This document shows, piece by piece, positions 23,859 to 31,162 of a DNA stretch of 32,960 bases. The stretch lies in contig DAIDBF010000049.1 in NCBI GenBank assembly GCA_027310235.1, forward strand, positions 1-32,960, in the 5' to 3' direction. Source of the stretch: a bacterium. Lineage in GTDB: Bacteria > Patescibacteriota > Minisyncoccia > UBA6257 > GWB1-50-10. The position numbers and the translations under genes were made by a program. The notes below the pieces were generated by a model. The model did no database searches. It saw only the letters and a list, made by a program, of their open reading frames with translations, and was not told the origin of the DNA. Numbering within the stretch: position 1 is the first letter of the stretch; each line of letters starts with the position of its first letter.

Positions 23859-23898
23859 TTATCCCCAATATTATCGAGGCCCGGCCTCGATAGATTGA
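23859..23898 (+). repeat. 40-nt repeat containing a GC hairpin (copy 1)
   Basis: ttatccccaatattatcgaggcccggcctcgatagattga is identical over 40/40 nt to 31087-31126. Its core tatcgaggcc-c-ggcctcgata is a 10-nt-arm palindrome. It starts right after the g2 stop. Confidence 0.8.
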
Positions 23899-23909
23899 GA
23901 ACACATCAT

Positions 23910-24029
23910 ATGAACCAAGAAGCCAAAATCTGCCAAAACTCCGACGCTCCGACGAACACGTCGGAGGTCGGAGCCCCGACCCGAAGGCGTCGGGGTTGTG
24001 AAGCGTGCTATCAAAGCGAAGTCATATGA
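23910..24029 (+). pseudogene. Scar of a deleted B-A gene pair (B-type head fused to A-type tail)
   Basis: The 39 codons read MNQEAKICQN...GCEACYQSEVI*. The 5' end matches the g5 head (atgaaccaagagaaaagaatctgccaaaactgc). The 3' end matches the g4 tail (tgctatcaatcagaagtcgtatga) together with its downstream palindrome. The middle consists of GC-rich hairpins. Confidence 0.65.
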
Positions 24030-24033
24030 CAGG

Positions 24034-24053
24034 TGCTATGCTATAGCATAGCA
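24034..24053. repeat. A-to-B junction palindrome (copy 1)
   Basis: tgctatgcta/tagcatagca is a perfect 20-nt palindrome lying 5 nt after the scar's TGA and 13 nt before the g3 ATG. Confidence 0.7.
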
Positions 24054-24066
24054 GTCAAAATATCCC

Positions 24067-25719
24067 ATGAACGAAGAGAAACGAATTTGTCAAAATTGCA
24101 AACAGCCGTTCACAATTGAAATGGATTGTAAGGTTCTGTATGAAAAAATGGGTATTCCGGTACCGAAAGAATGCCACATGTGCATCTGGAAAAATCTGAT
24201 GGCGTTTTGGATCTTCGGAAAATTCAGAAAAACAACCTCGGCACTCTCTGGGAAAACCATCATTACAACGTTTTCAGAAATTACACCATTTCCACTTTAC
24301 GAGTATGAAGAATGGACATCGGATGCGTGGAATCCGTTGGAATACGGCCAGGAATATGATTTTTCGAGGCCATTTTTCGAGCAGTTTGCGGAAGTACAGC
24401 GAAGAACACCTCATCCATATAGATCGGGAACGATGAGCACGAACTGTGAATGGAGTGACGACGCGTGGAGTTGTAAAAACTGTTATCTCTGCCGCTCAAT
24501 GCTTCATTGTGAAGACCTAAGCTATGGTTATCGTACGGTAAATTGTAAGAACTCAATTGATGTCACATTCTGCTTCGATACGGAATATTCTTATGATTGC
24601 ACGTACTGCTTCAAATCATACCGTCTCCGCCACTCATTTGATGCGCGTGATTGTTTGGAAAGCGCATTTCTGTACGACTGCAGGAATGTTCGAAACTGCT
24701 TTATGTGTTGGAATTTGAGGGGAAAACAGTATCACATATTAAACCAACCATACGCAAAGGAGGAGTACTTCAAGAAAATCGGAACGTATAGACTCGACTC
24801 GCGACGTGAACTGGAAAAACTGAGACGCGAATTCGCCAATATCGTCGCTCGCGAAGTGATCCATCGCGCCGATCGCAACTTGAAAGTAGTGAACTCAACC
24901 GGTAATTTTCTCGAGGAATGTAAAAATTGTCATGAGTCATATTTTGCCCAAAAGTCGGAGAATAGTTGTTACCTCTTCCGCGGATTTGAACAACGCGAGG
25001 TTATTTATGCCGCAGGTACCATTGCAGAAAAGGCCGCACTTTCGGTAATGGATGGTTATAACTACGATACGGTTGTGACTTCTCATTGTGGAAGATGTAG
25101 GTATAGCGCATATCTCGATTATTGTGAGGAGTGTGAATATTGTTTCGGGTGCGTAGGATTAAGAAGAAAAAAATATTGCATTTTAAACAAACAATATTCG
25201 GAATCCGAGTATAACGAACTTATCAAGAAAATAAAAGCTCAGATGGTTGCCGATGATGTATGGGGAACGTTTTTCCCATACGCTCTCGCATACGGTGGTT
25301 ATAATCTCTCAACCGCTCAGATGGTTTTTCCGGAAACCCAGGAGGCAATAGAATCGAGAAGAGGAATTTGGGAAGATCTTCCTGAACAAAACTATGAAGG
25401 AATCTCAGGTGATGCAACACCTGATGTAATTGGTGATGTGGGTGATGATTTTTCAAAGCAAGCGGTCATCTGTCCGGAGACAAAGTGGCGATTCAATATA
25501 GCGCCCCAGGAACTCACGTTTTATAGGGAGTTTGGGATACCTCTTCCCAGCTTGCACCCTGATGTACGAACAAAGAATCGTATGAAACCTCTTACTATTA
25601 CTACGCCGCATCAAGGTATCTGTATCTTTTGTTCCAAACCTATAGTGCATTACTATCCTCCGGAGTGGGAATATAAGAAGATCGCATGTATGGAGTGTTA
25701 TCAAAAAGAAGTGATATGA
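24067..25719 (+). CDS. Cys-rich multi-zinc-ribbon repeat protein, array member g3 (B subtype)
   Basis: 550 aa. The head is MNEEKRICQNCKQPFTIE and the short B-type tail is ICIFCSKPIVHYYPPEWEYKKIACMECYQKEVI. The second N-terminal ribbon and the C-terminal ribbon have both lost their Cys. Confidence 0.9.
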   Translation: MNEEKRICQNCKQPFTIEMDCKVLYEKMGIPVPKECHMCIWKNLMAFWIFGKFRKTTSALSGKTIITTFSEITPFPLYEYEEWTSDAWNPLEYGQEYDFSRPFFEQFAEVQRRTPHPYRSGTMSTNCEWSDDAWSCKNCYLCRSMLHCEDLSYGYRTVNCKNSIDVTFCFDTEYSYDCTYCFKSYRLRHSFDARDCLESAFLYDCRNVRNCFMCWNLRGKQYHILNQPYAKEEYFKKIGTYRLDSRRELEKLRREFANIVAREVIHRADRNLKVVNSTGNFLEECKNCHESYFAQKSENSCYLFRGFEQREVIYAAGTIAEKAALSVMDGYNYDTVVTSHCGRCRYSAYLDYCEECEYCFGCVGLRRKKYCILNKQYSESEYNELIKKIKAQMVADDVWGTFFPYALAYGGYNLSTAQMVFPETQEAIESRRGIWEDLPEQNYEGISGDATPDVIGDVGDDFSKQAVICPETKWRFNIAPQELTFYREFGIPLPSLHPDVRTKNRMKPLTITTPHQGICIFCSKPIVHYYPPEWEYKKIACMECYQKEVI

Positions 25720-27509
25720 CCCCGGAAACGAAAACGTGTCAGAACTGTAAGGTTCAGTTCACGATAGAACCCGAGGATTTTGCGTTTTACGAGAAGATGC
25801 AAGTTCCGCCGCCCACGTGGTGCCCGATGTGTCGGATGCAGCGACGACTTGCGATACGAAACGAGCGGTATCTGTTCAAGCGGACAAGCGATTTTTCGGA
25901 AAAGGAGATATTCTCTGGGTACCCGGCATCTGCGCCGATCAAGGTGTATGAGAATGAGGTGTGGTATTCCGATGTATGGGATCCAAGGAGCTTCGCGATG
26001 GATATTGATTTCTCGAGGCCTTTCTTGGATCAACTACTGGAACTCTTCCGTAAGGTCCCCATCTACACGTTGTCTACCGCATTCGGAACGAACAGCGATT
26101 ACGCGAATAACTTCACCGGTTTCAAGAATTGCTACCTTGTGTTTGACGGCAATTATGCCGAGGACTGCATGTACGGGAGGGGCATTAATTATGCGAAAAA
26201 CTCGGTGGATAATTCTTTCCTGGATCACGTGGAAAATGCGTACGGCAACTTCTGGATTAACCGTTCATCGCACCTCATGTATTGTAGCCAGTGCGCCGAT
26301 TCGGTCGATTGTTACTTCTGCAAAAATTGCGTCGGATGTAGCGATTGTTTCGGATGTGTGAACCTGAGAAACAAGAAATATTGCTTTTTCAACAAATCGT
26401 ACCGCAAAGAGGAATACAAAAAACTCCTCGAGCAGTATAATCTCGGATCGTTTAAGGTGATAACGGAACTGGAAGAGAAAACAGGGGAGTTTTACCTGCA
26501 TTTTCCAGTGAAATTCATGGAAGGGATGAAAAACACGAATTCGAGCGGCGAGTACATGTATAACTGCAGAAACGTGCACGATTCGTACATCATTGTGGAT
26601 GCCGAGAATGTCCGTTACTCGTCGTATATGGAGATAGGTCCGATAAAAGATTGCTATGACTATACGGTATGGGGAAACAATGCGGAGCTCCTCTACGAAT
26701 GCGCGGACTGCGGGCTCGGTGTTTCAAACATGAGGTTCTGTATGGCGTGTTGGTCGGAGGTGAGGAACGCGGAGTACTCGCTCTTTTGCCAATCCTCGTC
26801 GGATATTTTCGGGTGTGTCGGACTTCGGAACGGCAAATACTCCATCCTAAATAAAGAATACGGAGAAGAGGAATATAAAATGCTTCGTGAAAAAATTATC
26901 ACGAGCATGAAAGAACTACCCTATCACGCGAACGGAACCGACTACTCATACGGAGAATTCTTCCCTCCCGCGTTTTCCGCGGTTCCTTATAATCACACGC
27001 CGGCATACGAACAATTTCCGCTTACAAAAGAAGAAGCGCTTGCGAAGGGGTATATGTGGGAAGATTCCACCGAGAAGAAGCATGAGCAGACTCTTTTATG
27101 GAGTGATCTACCCGATGCGATACAGGATGTTAAGAACGAAATAACAAAGGAGACGGTACTGTGTGAATCCTGGGAAAAGGATCGGGAAAAAGTCTCGCTT
27201 CGGAACTGCACGAAAGCGTTCCGTTTCCATCCGAACGAAATAGAGTTTTATCGGCGCTACACAACTCCGCTTCCGAGAAAATGTTCCAACTGCAGGGAAT
27301 TCGATCGTCTTCAGAAGAGGAATCCAGCGCGTCTTTATCACCGTGTCTGCCAGTGCGCCGGTGCGAAATCCGAAAACGAAGCGTACGCAAACACCACTAC
27401 TCACCAGCACGGAACGGGGAGATGCGCGAACGAATTCGAAACAAGTTATTCGCCCGACCGAAAAGAGATCATCTACTGCGAGCTGTGCTATCAATCAGAA
27501 GTCGTATGA
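25716..27509 (+). CDS. Cys-rich multi-zinc-ribbon repeat protein, array member g4 (A subtype)
   Basis: The start MTPETKTCQNCKVQFTIEP overlaps the g3 stop (ATGA at 25716-25719). The A-type tail is RVCQCAGAKSENEAY.NTTTHQHGTGRCANEFETSYSPDRKEIIYCELCYQSEVV. The second N-terminal ribbon has lost its Cys (KRTSDFSEK...YENEVWYSDVW). Confidence 0.9.
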   Translation: MTPETKTCQNCKVQFTIEPEDFAFYEKMQVPPPTWCPMCRMQRRLAIRNERYLFKRTSDFSEKEIFSGYPASAPIKVYENEVWYSDVWDPRSFAMDIDFSRPFLDQLLELFRKVPIYTLSTAFGTNSDYANNFTGFKNCYLVFDGNYAEDCMYGRGINYAKNSVDNSFLDHVENAYGNFWINRSSHLMYCSQCADSVDCYFCKNCVGCSDCFGCVNLRNKKYCFFNKSYRKEEYKKLLEQYNLGSFKVITELEEKTGEFYLHFPVKFMEGMKNTNSSGEYMYNCRNVHDSYIIVDAENVRYSSYMEIGPIKDCYDYTVWGNNAELLYECADCGLGVSNMRFCMACWSEVRNAEYSLFCQSSSDIFGCVGLRNGKYSILNKEYGEEEYKMLREKIITSMKELPYHANGTDYSYGEFFPPAFSAVPYNHTPAYEQFPLTKEEALAKGYMWEDSTEKKHEQTLLWSDLPDAIQDVKNEITKETVLCESWEKDREKVSLRNCTKAFRFHPNEIEFYRRYTTPLPRKCSNCREFDRLQKRNPARLYHRVCQCAGAKSENEAYANTTTHQHGTGRCANEFETSYSPDRKEIIYCELCYQSEVV

Positions 27510-27511
27510 TA

Positions 27512-27535
27512 GGTACTATGACGCGTCATAGTACC
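27512..27535. repeat. A-to-B junction palindrome (copy 2)
   Basis: ggtactatgacg/cgtcatagtacc is a perfect 24-nt palindrome lying 2 nt after the g4 stop and 5 nt before the g5 ATG. Confidence 0.7.
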
Positions 27536-27540
27536 CTTAA

Positions 27541-29250
27541 ATGATCATGAACCAAGAGAAAAGAATCTGCCAAAACTGCAAACAATCGTTTACGACAGAA
27601 CCCGAGGACTTCGCATTCTACGAGAAGATGCAAGTACCTCCGCCGACGTTTTGTTCGAAATGTCGGCTTCAGAGAAGATTAGCGTTCTTCAATATTTTTA
27701 ATCTTTACAAGCGCCCTTGTGATCTTTGTGAAAAGGATTTTATTTCGACATACAGATCGGAGGCACCATATAAAGTATATTGTCCGAAGTGTTGGTGGTC
27801 GGACAATTGGGATGTATTTAAATATGGGAGGGAATACGATTTTTCGCGCCCGTTTTTTGAACAATTCAAAGAACTGTGGCACGAGACCCCGGTTTTGGGA
27901 GTTTCAATCGATATTCCCGCGATGCAAACATCACCATACACAAATCACACGGGGCACCTCAAGAACTGCTATCTTCTCTTTCATGCGGATTACGTTGAGG
28001 ATTCGGCATATGGATTTTACCAGGTGCATAATAAATCGGTGTTCGATGCGGTTTGCGCGATGAACTGTGAGATGTGTTATGACAGCCAGAACGCGTTCAA
28101 AAATAATCGGTGCGTGGGGACACGAGGTAATGTCACAAATTCACTCGATTGCTACTTCCTCCGCGATTGCGACAACTGTCAAAATTGTTTCGCGTCCGTG
28201 AATCTCCGGAACGCGAAATTTCAGATATTTAATAAACAGTATTCAAGAGAAGGGTATTTCGAGGAACTCAAGAAATGGGATTTCGGTTCGTATAAGACCT
28301 ATTGCGAGGTGGAAAAAATGGCGCACGAACACTGGAGGGAATTCCCGCCGCGCCCGAAGTACGATGATTTCTCAGTGGATTGCACAGGAAGCTATATTTT
28401 TCAGTCGAAGAACTGCAAGGAATGTTTTGATTCAACAAACGTGCAGGACTCGAAATTCATGCTTCTCGTCGAAGACAGACCGACAAAGGATTCCTACGAT
28501 ATCTCAAGCTGGGGAAATAATATGACGCGCTGCTATGAATGCTGTAATGTCGGTGAAGACGTATCGGACGTGCGATTTTCACAGGAATCGGGACTCACGC
28601 TTATGGATGCTGAGTACTGTAAGCTCTCGACGGGATCGCATCACTTCGGATGTGTATCGGTGAAGAAAGGAGATTATGTCGTTCTGAACAAACGGTATTC
28701 GAAGGAGGCATATGAGGTGCTCACCGCGAAGATCCGCAAACACATGGATATAGTGCCATATATCGACAAGAAGAAGAGGGTATATAGGTATGGCGAGTTC
28801 TTTCCGATCGAGATTGCGCAGTTCGCCTACAATGAAACGATTGCAAATGATTTCTTCCCGATGAGTAGGGCAGAAGCGGAGTCGGATGGGTATTATTGGA
28901 ATGAACCGGAAGAGCGGAATCACATGATTACAAAATCGTACGCCGATCTTCCGGATCACATCAATGATGTGGAGGACAATGTTTTGAATGAAGTCGTTGG
29001 ATGTGAAGTATGCGGTAAGGGATACAGGATCACGCCTATGGAGCTCTCGTTTTTGCGCCAGATGCGCCTGCCACTCCCGCGCACGTGCCCCTTCTGTAGG
29101 ATCAATGAGAAGTTCAAACAATGGGTAAAGAATCTTCGTATAATTCCACGTGTGTGCGATCGATGTGGCGCGCATTTCACGACGAATTACACGAAAGAAG
29201 AAGCACCACACATTTTGTGCAAGGAATGCTATCTTAAGGAGGTAGTATGA
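27541..29250 (+). CDS. Cys-rich multi-zinc-ribbon repeat protein, array member g5 (B subtype)
   Basis: 569 aa with the head M(IM)NQEKRICQNCKQSFTTEP. All ribbons are intact. The short B-type tail is RVCDRCGAHFTTNYTKEEAPHILCKECYLKEVV. The start may be 27547. Confidence 0.9.
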   Translation: MIMNQEKRICQNCKQSFTTEPEDFAFYEKMQVPPPTFCSKCRLQRRLAFFNIFNLYKRPCDLCEKDFISTYRSEAPYKVYCPKCWWSDNWDVFKYGREYDFSRPFFEQFKELWHETPVLGVSIDIPAMQTSPYTNHTGHLKNCYLLFHADYVEDSAYGFYQVHNKSVFDAVCAMNCEMCYDSQNAFKNNRCVGTRGNVTNSLDCYFLRDCDNCQNCFASVNLRNAKFQIFNKQYSREGYFEELKKWDFGSYKTYCEVEKMAHEHWREFPPRPKYDDFSVDCTGSYIFQSKNCKECFDSTNVQDSKFMLLVEDRPTKDSYDISSWGNNMTRCYECCNVGEDVSDVRFSQESGLTLMDAEYCKLSTGSHHFGCVSVKKGDYVVLNKRYSKEAYEVLTAKIRKHMDIVPYIDKKKRVYRYGEFFPIEIAQFAYNETIANDFFPMSRAEAESDGYYWNEPEERNHMITKSYADLPDHINDVEDNVLNEVVGCEVCGKGYRITPMELSFLRQMRLPLPRTCPFCRINEKFKQWVKNLRIIPRVCDRCGAHFTTNYTKEEAPHILCKECYLKEVV

Positions 29251-29291
29251 CGAGCGAGTAGTAAGTAGTTTATAGTGAGTAGGATGAGTTT

Positions 29292-31055
29292 ATGACTACC
29301 GAGACGAGAACGTGTCAGAATTGTAAATCCGAGTTCATTATCGAACCGGACGATTTTGCGTTTTACGAGAAGATTGACGTACCACCGCCGACGTTTTGTC
29401 CCGCGTGTCGAAAACAGCGACGACTCGCGTGGCGCAACGACCTTTCGCTTTATACGAGAAAATGTGATTCCTGCGGAAAAAATGTGGTGTCACTTTATGC
29501 CCCGAATGGACCCATAGAGACCGTATATTGTCAAAAGTGCTGGTGGTCAGATAAATGGGATCCGATGGCGTACGGCCGTGAGTACGATTTCTCGAAGCCA
29601 TTTTTCGAGCAATTTGCCGCGCTCCAAAGACACGTACCGACACTCGCAATGATTAATGACGATGGAGTGGGAAGTATAAATTGCGAATACACGCAGGATT
29701 TTGCGCGTAGCAAGAATTGTTACATGGTGTTTATCGCGTGGAAGCTTGAGGACTGTCTCTATAGTTTCTATATTCTTGACGGCAAGGAAATTGTGGATAG
29801 TTTAAACTCCATGGGCGAGTGTGAGATGATCTACGATACCGTATACACGGAGAAATGTTACCGGTGTCGCAACGTGTATTATTCGGTTACGCTTTCTGAT
29901 TGTAATTTTTGTTGGGATTGTCGTGATTGCTCCGATTGTTTTCTCTGCGTAGGGCTTCGCCATAAACGATACTGCTTCAAGAATAAGCAGTATTCCAAAG
30001 AGGAATATGAACATATTCTTGCCGAATATCGGCTCAATGCGTACTCGGGGATTCAGCGTGCGTCGAGTGAACTTCAACCGCTTTTATTTCAATACCCCCG
30101 CAGGTTTTCAAATTTGCGTAATTGTGTGCGTTGTACCGGTGACGCGCTTATTAATGGAAAGAACTCAAAGGATTGCTTTAACGTTCAGCGACCTGAAGAT
30201 TGTCGATGGATAGAAAATTCCGATACACCTACAGCGAGCTATGATTTGAGTGTCGGGGGAGAACTTGAAAACTGCTATGAGGGAATCACCCCCGACCACT
30301 CGTATCGCGGCCGCTTCGAGATATTTTCTTGGAAAAACACCGAAGTTTCTTATACGGATGCGTGTCATTCTTGTAAAGATGTGTTTGGATGCGTGGGTCT
30401 TAAGAAGGCGCAATACTGTATCCTCAACAAACAGTACTCAAAAGAGGAATATGAAATACTTGTGCCAAAGATTAAAAAACATATGAATGAAATGCCTTAT
30501 ATCGACCGTTCCGAAGTAATATATCGTTTTGGAGAATTTTTCCCCGCCGAACTTTCCTACTTTGCGTACAACGAAACCGGCGCGCAAGAATCGTTTCCTA
30601 TGTCGCACGAAGAAATTTCCGGATGTGGTTTACGGTGGCAGGACAATTTTCAAACTACGGTTGGAAAAGAAACCCTTACGGCGGATGAACTACCAGACAG
30701 TATTAACGATGTTGAAAATTCTATCTTGAATGAGGTGTTGCGGTGTGAAACATGTGCGAGGAACTATCGTATCGTGCCGCGCGAACTGGAGTTCTACCGA
30801 AAGATGCGAATACCTCTCCCGCGCCATTGTTTCCATTGTCGTACGAAAGCACGTTTCAATTTACGAAATCCGTTTTCACTTTGGCACCGCACTTGTCAAT
30901 GTGTTGGTCCAAAATCCGAGAATGGCGCCTACCAAAACACCGCATCTCATGACCACGGGACAGAAAAATGTCCCAATACATTTGAAACGAGTTATGCACC
31001 CGACCGCCCGGAGATTGTATATTGCGAGGGGTGCTATCAAAAGGAGGTAGTATAG
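29292..31055 (+). CDS. Cys-rich multi-zinc-ribbon repeat protein, array member g6 (A subtype)
   Basis: 587 aa with the head MTTETRTCQNCKSEFIIEPDDFAFYEKIDVPPPTFCPACRKQRR. All ribbons are intact. The A-type tail is RTCQCVGPKSENGAYQNTASHDHGTEKCPNTFETSYAPDRPEIVYCEGCYQKEVV. Confidence 0.9.
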   Translation: MTTETRTCQNCKSEFIIEPDDFAFYEKIDVPPPTFCPACRKQRRLAWRNDLSLYTRKCDSCGKNVVSLYAPNGPIETVYCQKCWWSDKWDPMAYGREYDFSKPFFEQFAALQRHVPTLAMINDDGVGSINCEYTQDFARSKNCYMVFIAWKLEDCLYSFYILDGKEIVDSLNSMGECEMIYDTVYTEKCYRCRNVYYSVTLSDCNFCWDCRDCSDCFLCVGLRHKRYCFKNKQYSKEEYEHILAEYRLNAYSGIQRASSELQPLLFQYPRRFSNLRNCVRCTGDALINGKNSKDCFNVQRPEDCRWIENSDTPTASYDLSVGGELENCYEGITPDHSYRGRFEIFSWKNTEVSYTDACHSCKDVFGCVGLKKAQYCILNKQYSKEEYEILVPKIKKHMNEMPYIDRSEVIYRFGEFFPAELSYFAYNETGAQESFPMSHEEISGCGLRWQDNFQTTVGKETLTADELPDSINDVENSILNEVLRCETCARNYRIVPRELEFYRKMRIPLPRHCFHCRTKARFNLRNPFSLWHRTCQCVGPKSENGAYQNTASHDHGTEKCPNTFETSYAPDRPEIVYCEGCYQKEVV

Positions 31056-31126
31056 CCAATATTAAGGAGGCCCGGCCTCGATAAAGTTATCCCCAATATT
31101 ATCGAGGCCCGGCCTCGATAGATTGA
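31056..31126 (+). repeat. Degenerate plus perfect copy of the 40-nt hairpin repeat
   Basis: 31056-31085 (ccaatattaaggaggcccggcctcgataaa) is a variant copy. 31087-31126 is identical to 23859-23898. The repeat begins directly after the g6 stop. Confidence 0.8.
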
Positions 31127-31146
31127 AGAAAAAGCGGGGAAATTGG

Positions 31147-31155
31147 TGGTATAAT
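31147..31155 (+). promoter_or_regulatory. Extended -10 element (TGgTATAAT) giving a leaderless ATPase transcript
   Basis: TGGTATAAT lies at 31147-31155. ATG 31163 is 7 nt downstream and has no SD. Confidence 0.45.
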
Positions 31156-31162
31156 ACGAGCA

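Noticed and set aside
20340-31055. The array as an assembly artefact, or the proteins as secreted disulfide-rich proteins
   Set aside because: The six genes differ extensively at the nucleotide and protein level and have distinct junctions, so they are not collapsed or duplicated reads. There are no signal peptides or TM helices, and the Cys occur in paired C..C knuckles typical of cytoplasmic Zn sites.
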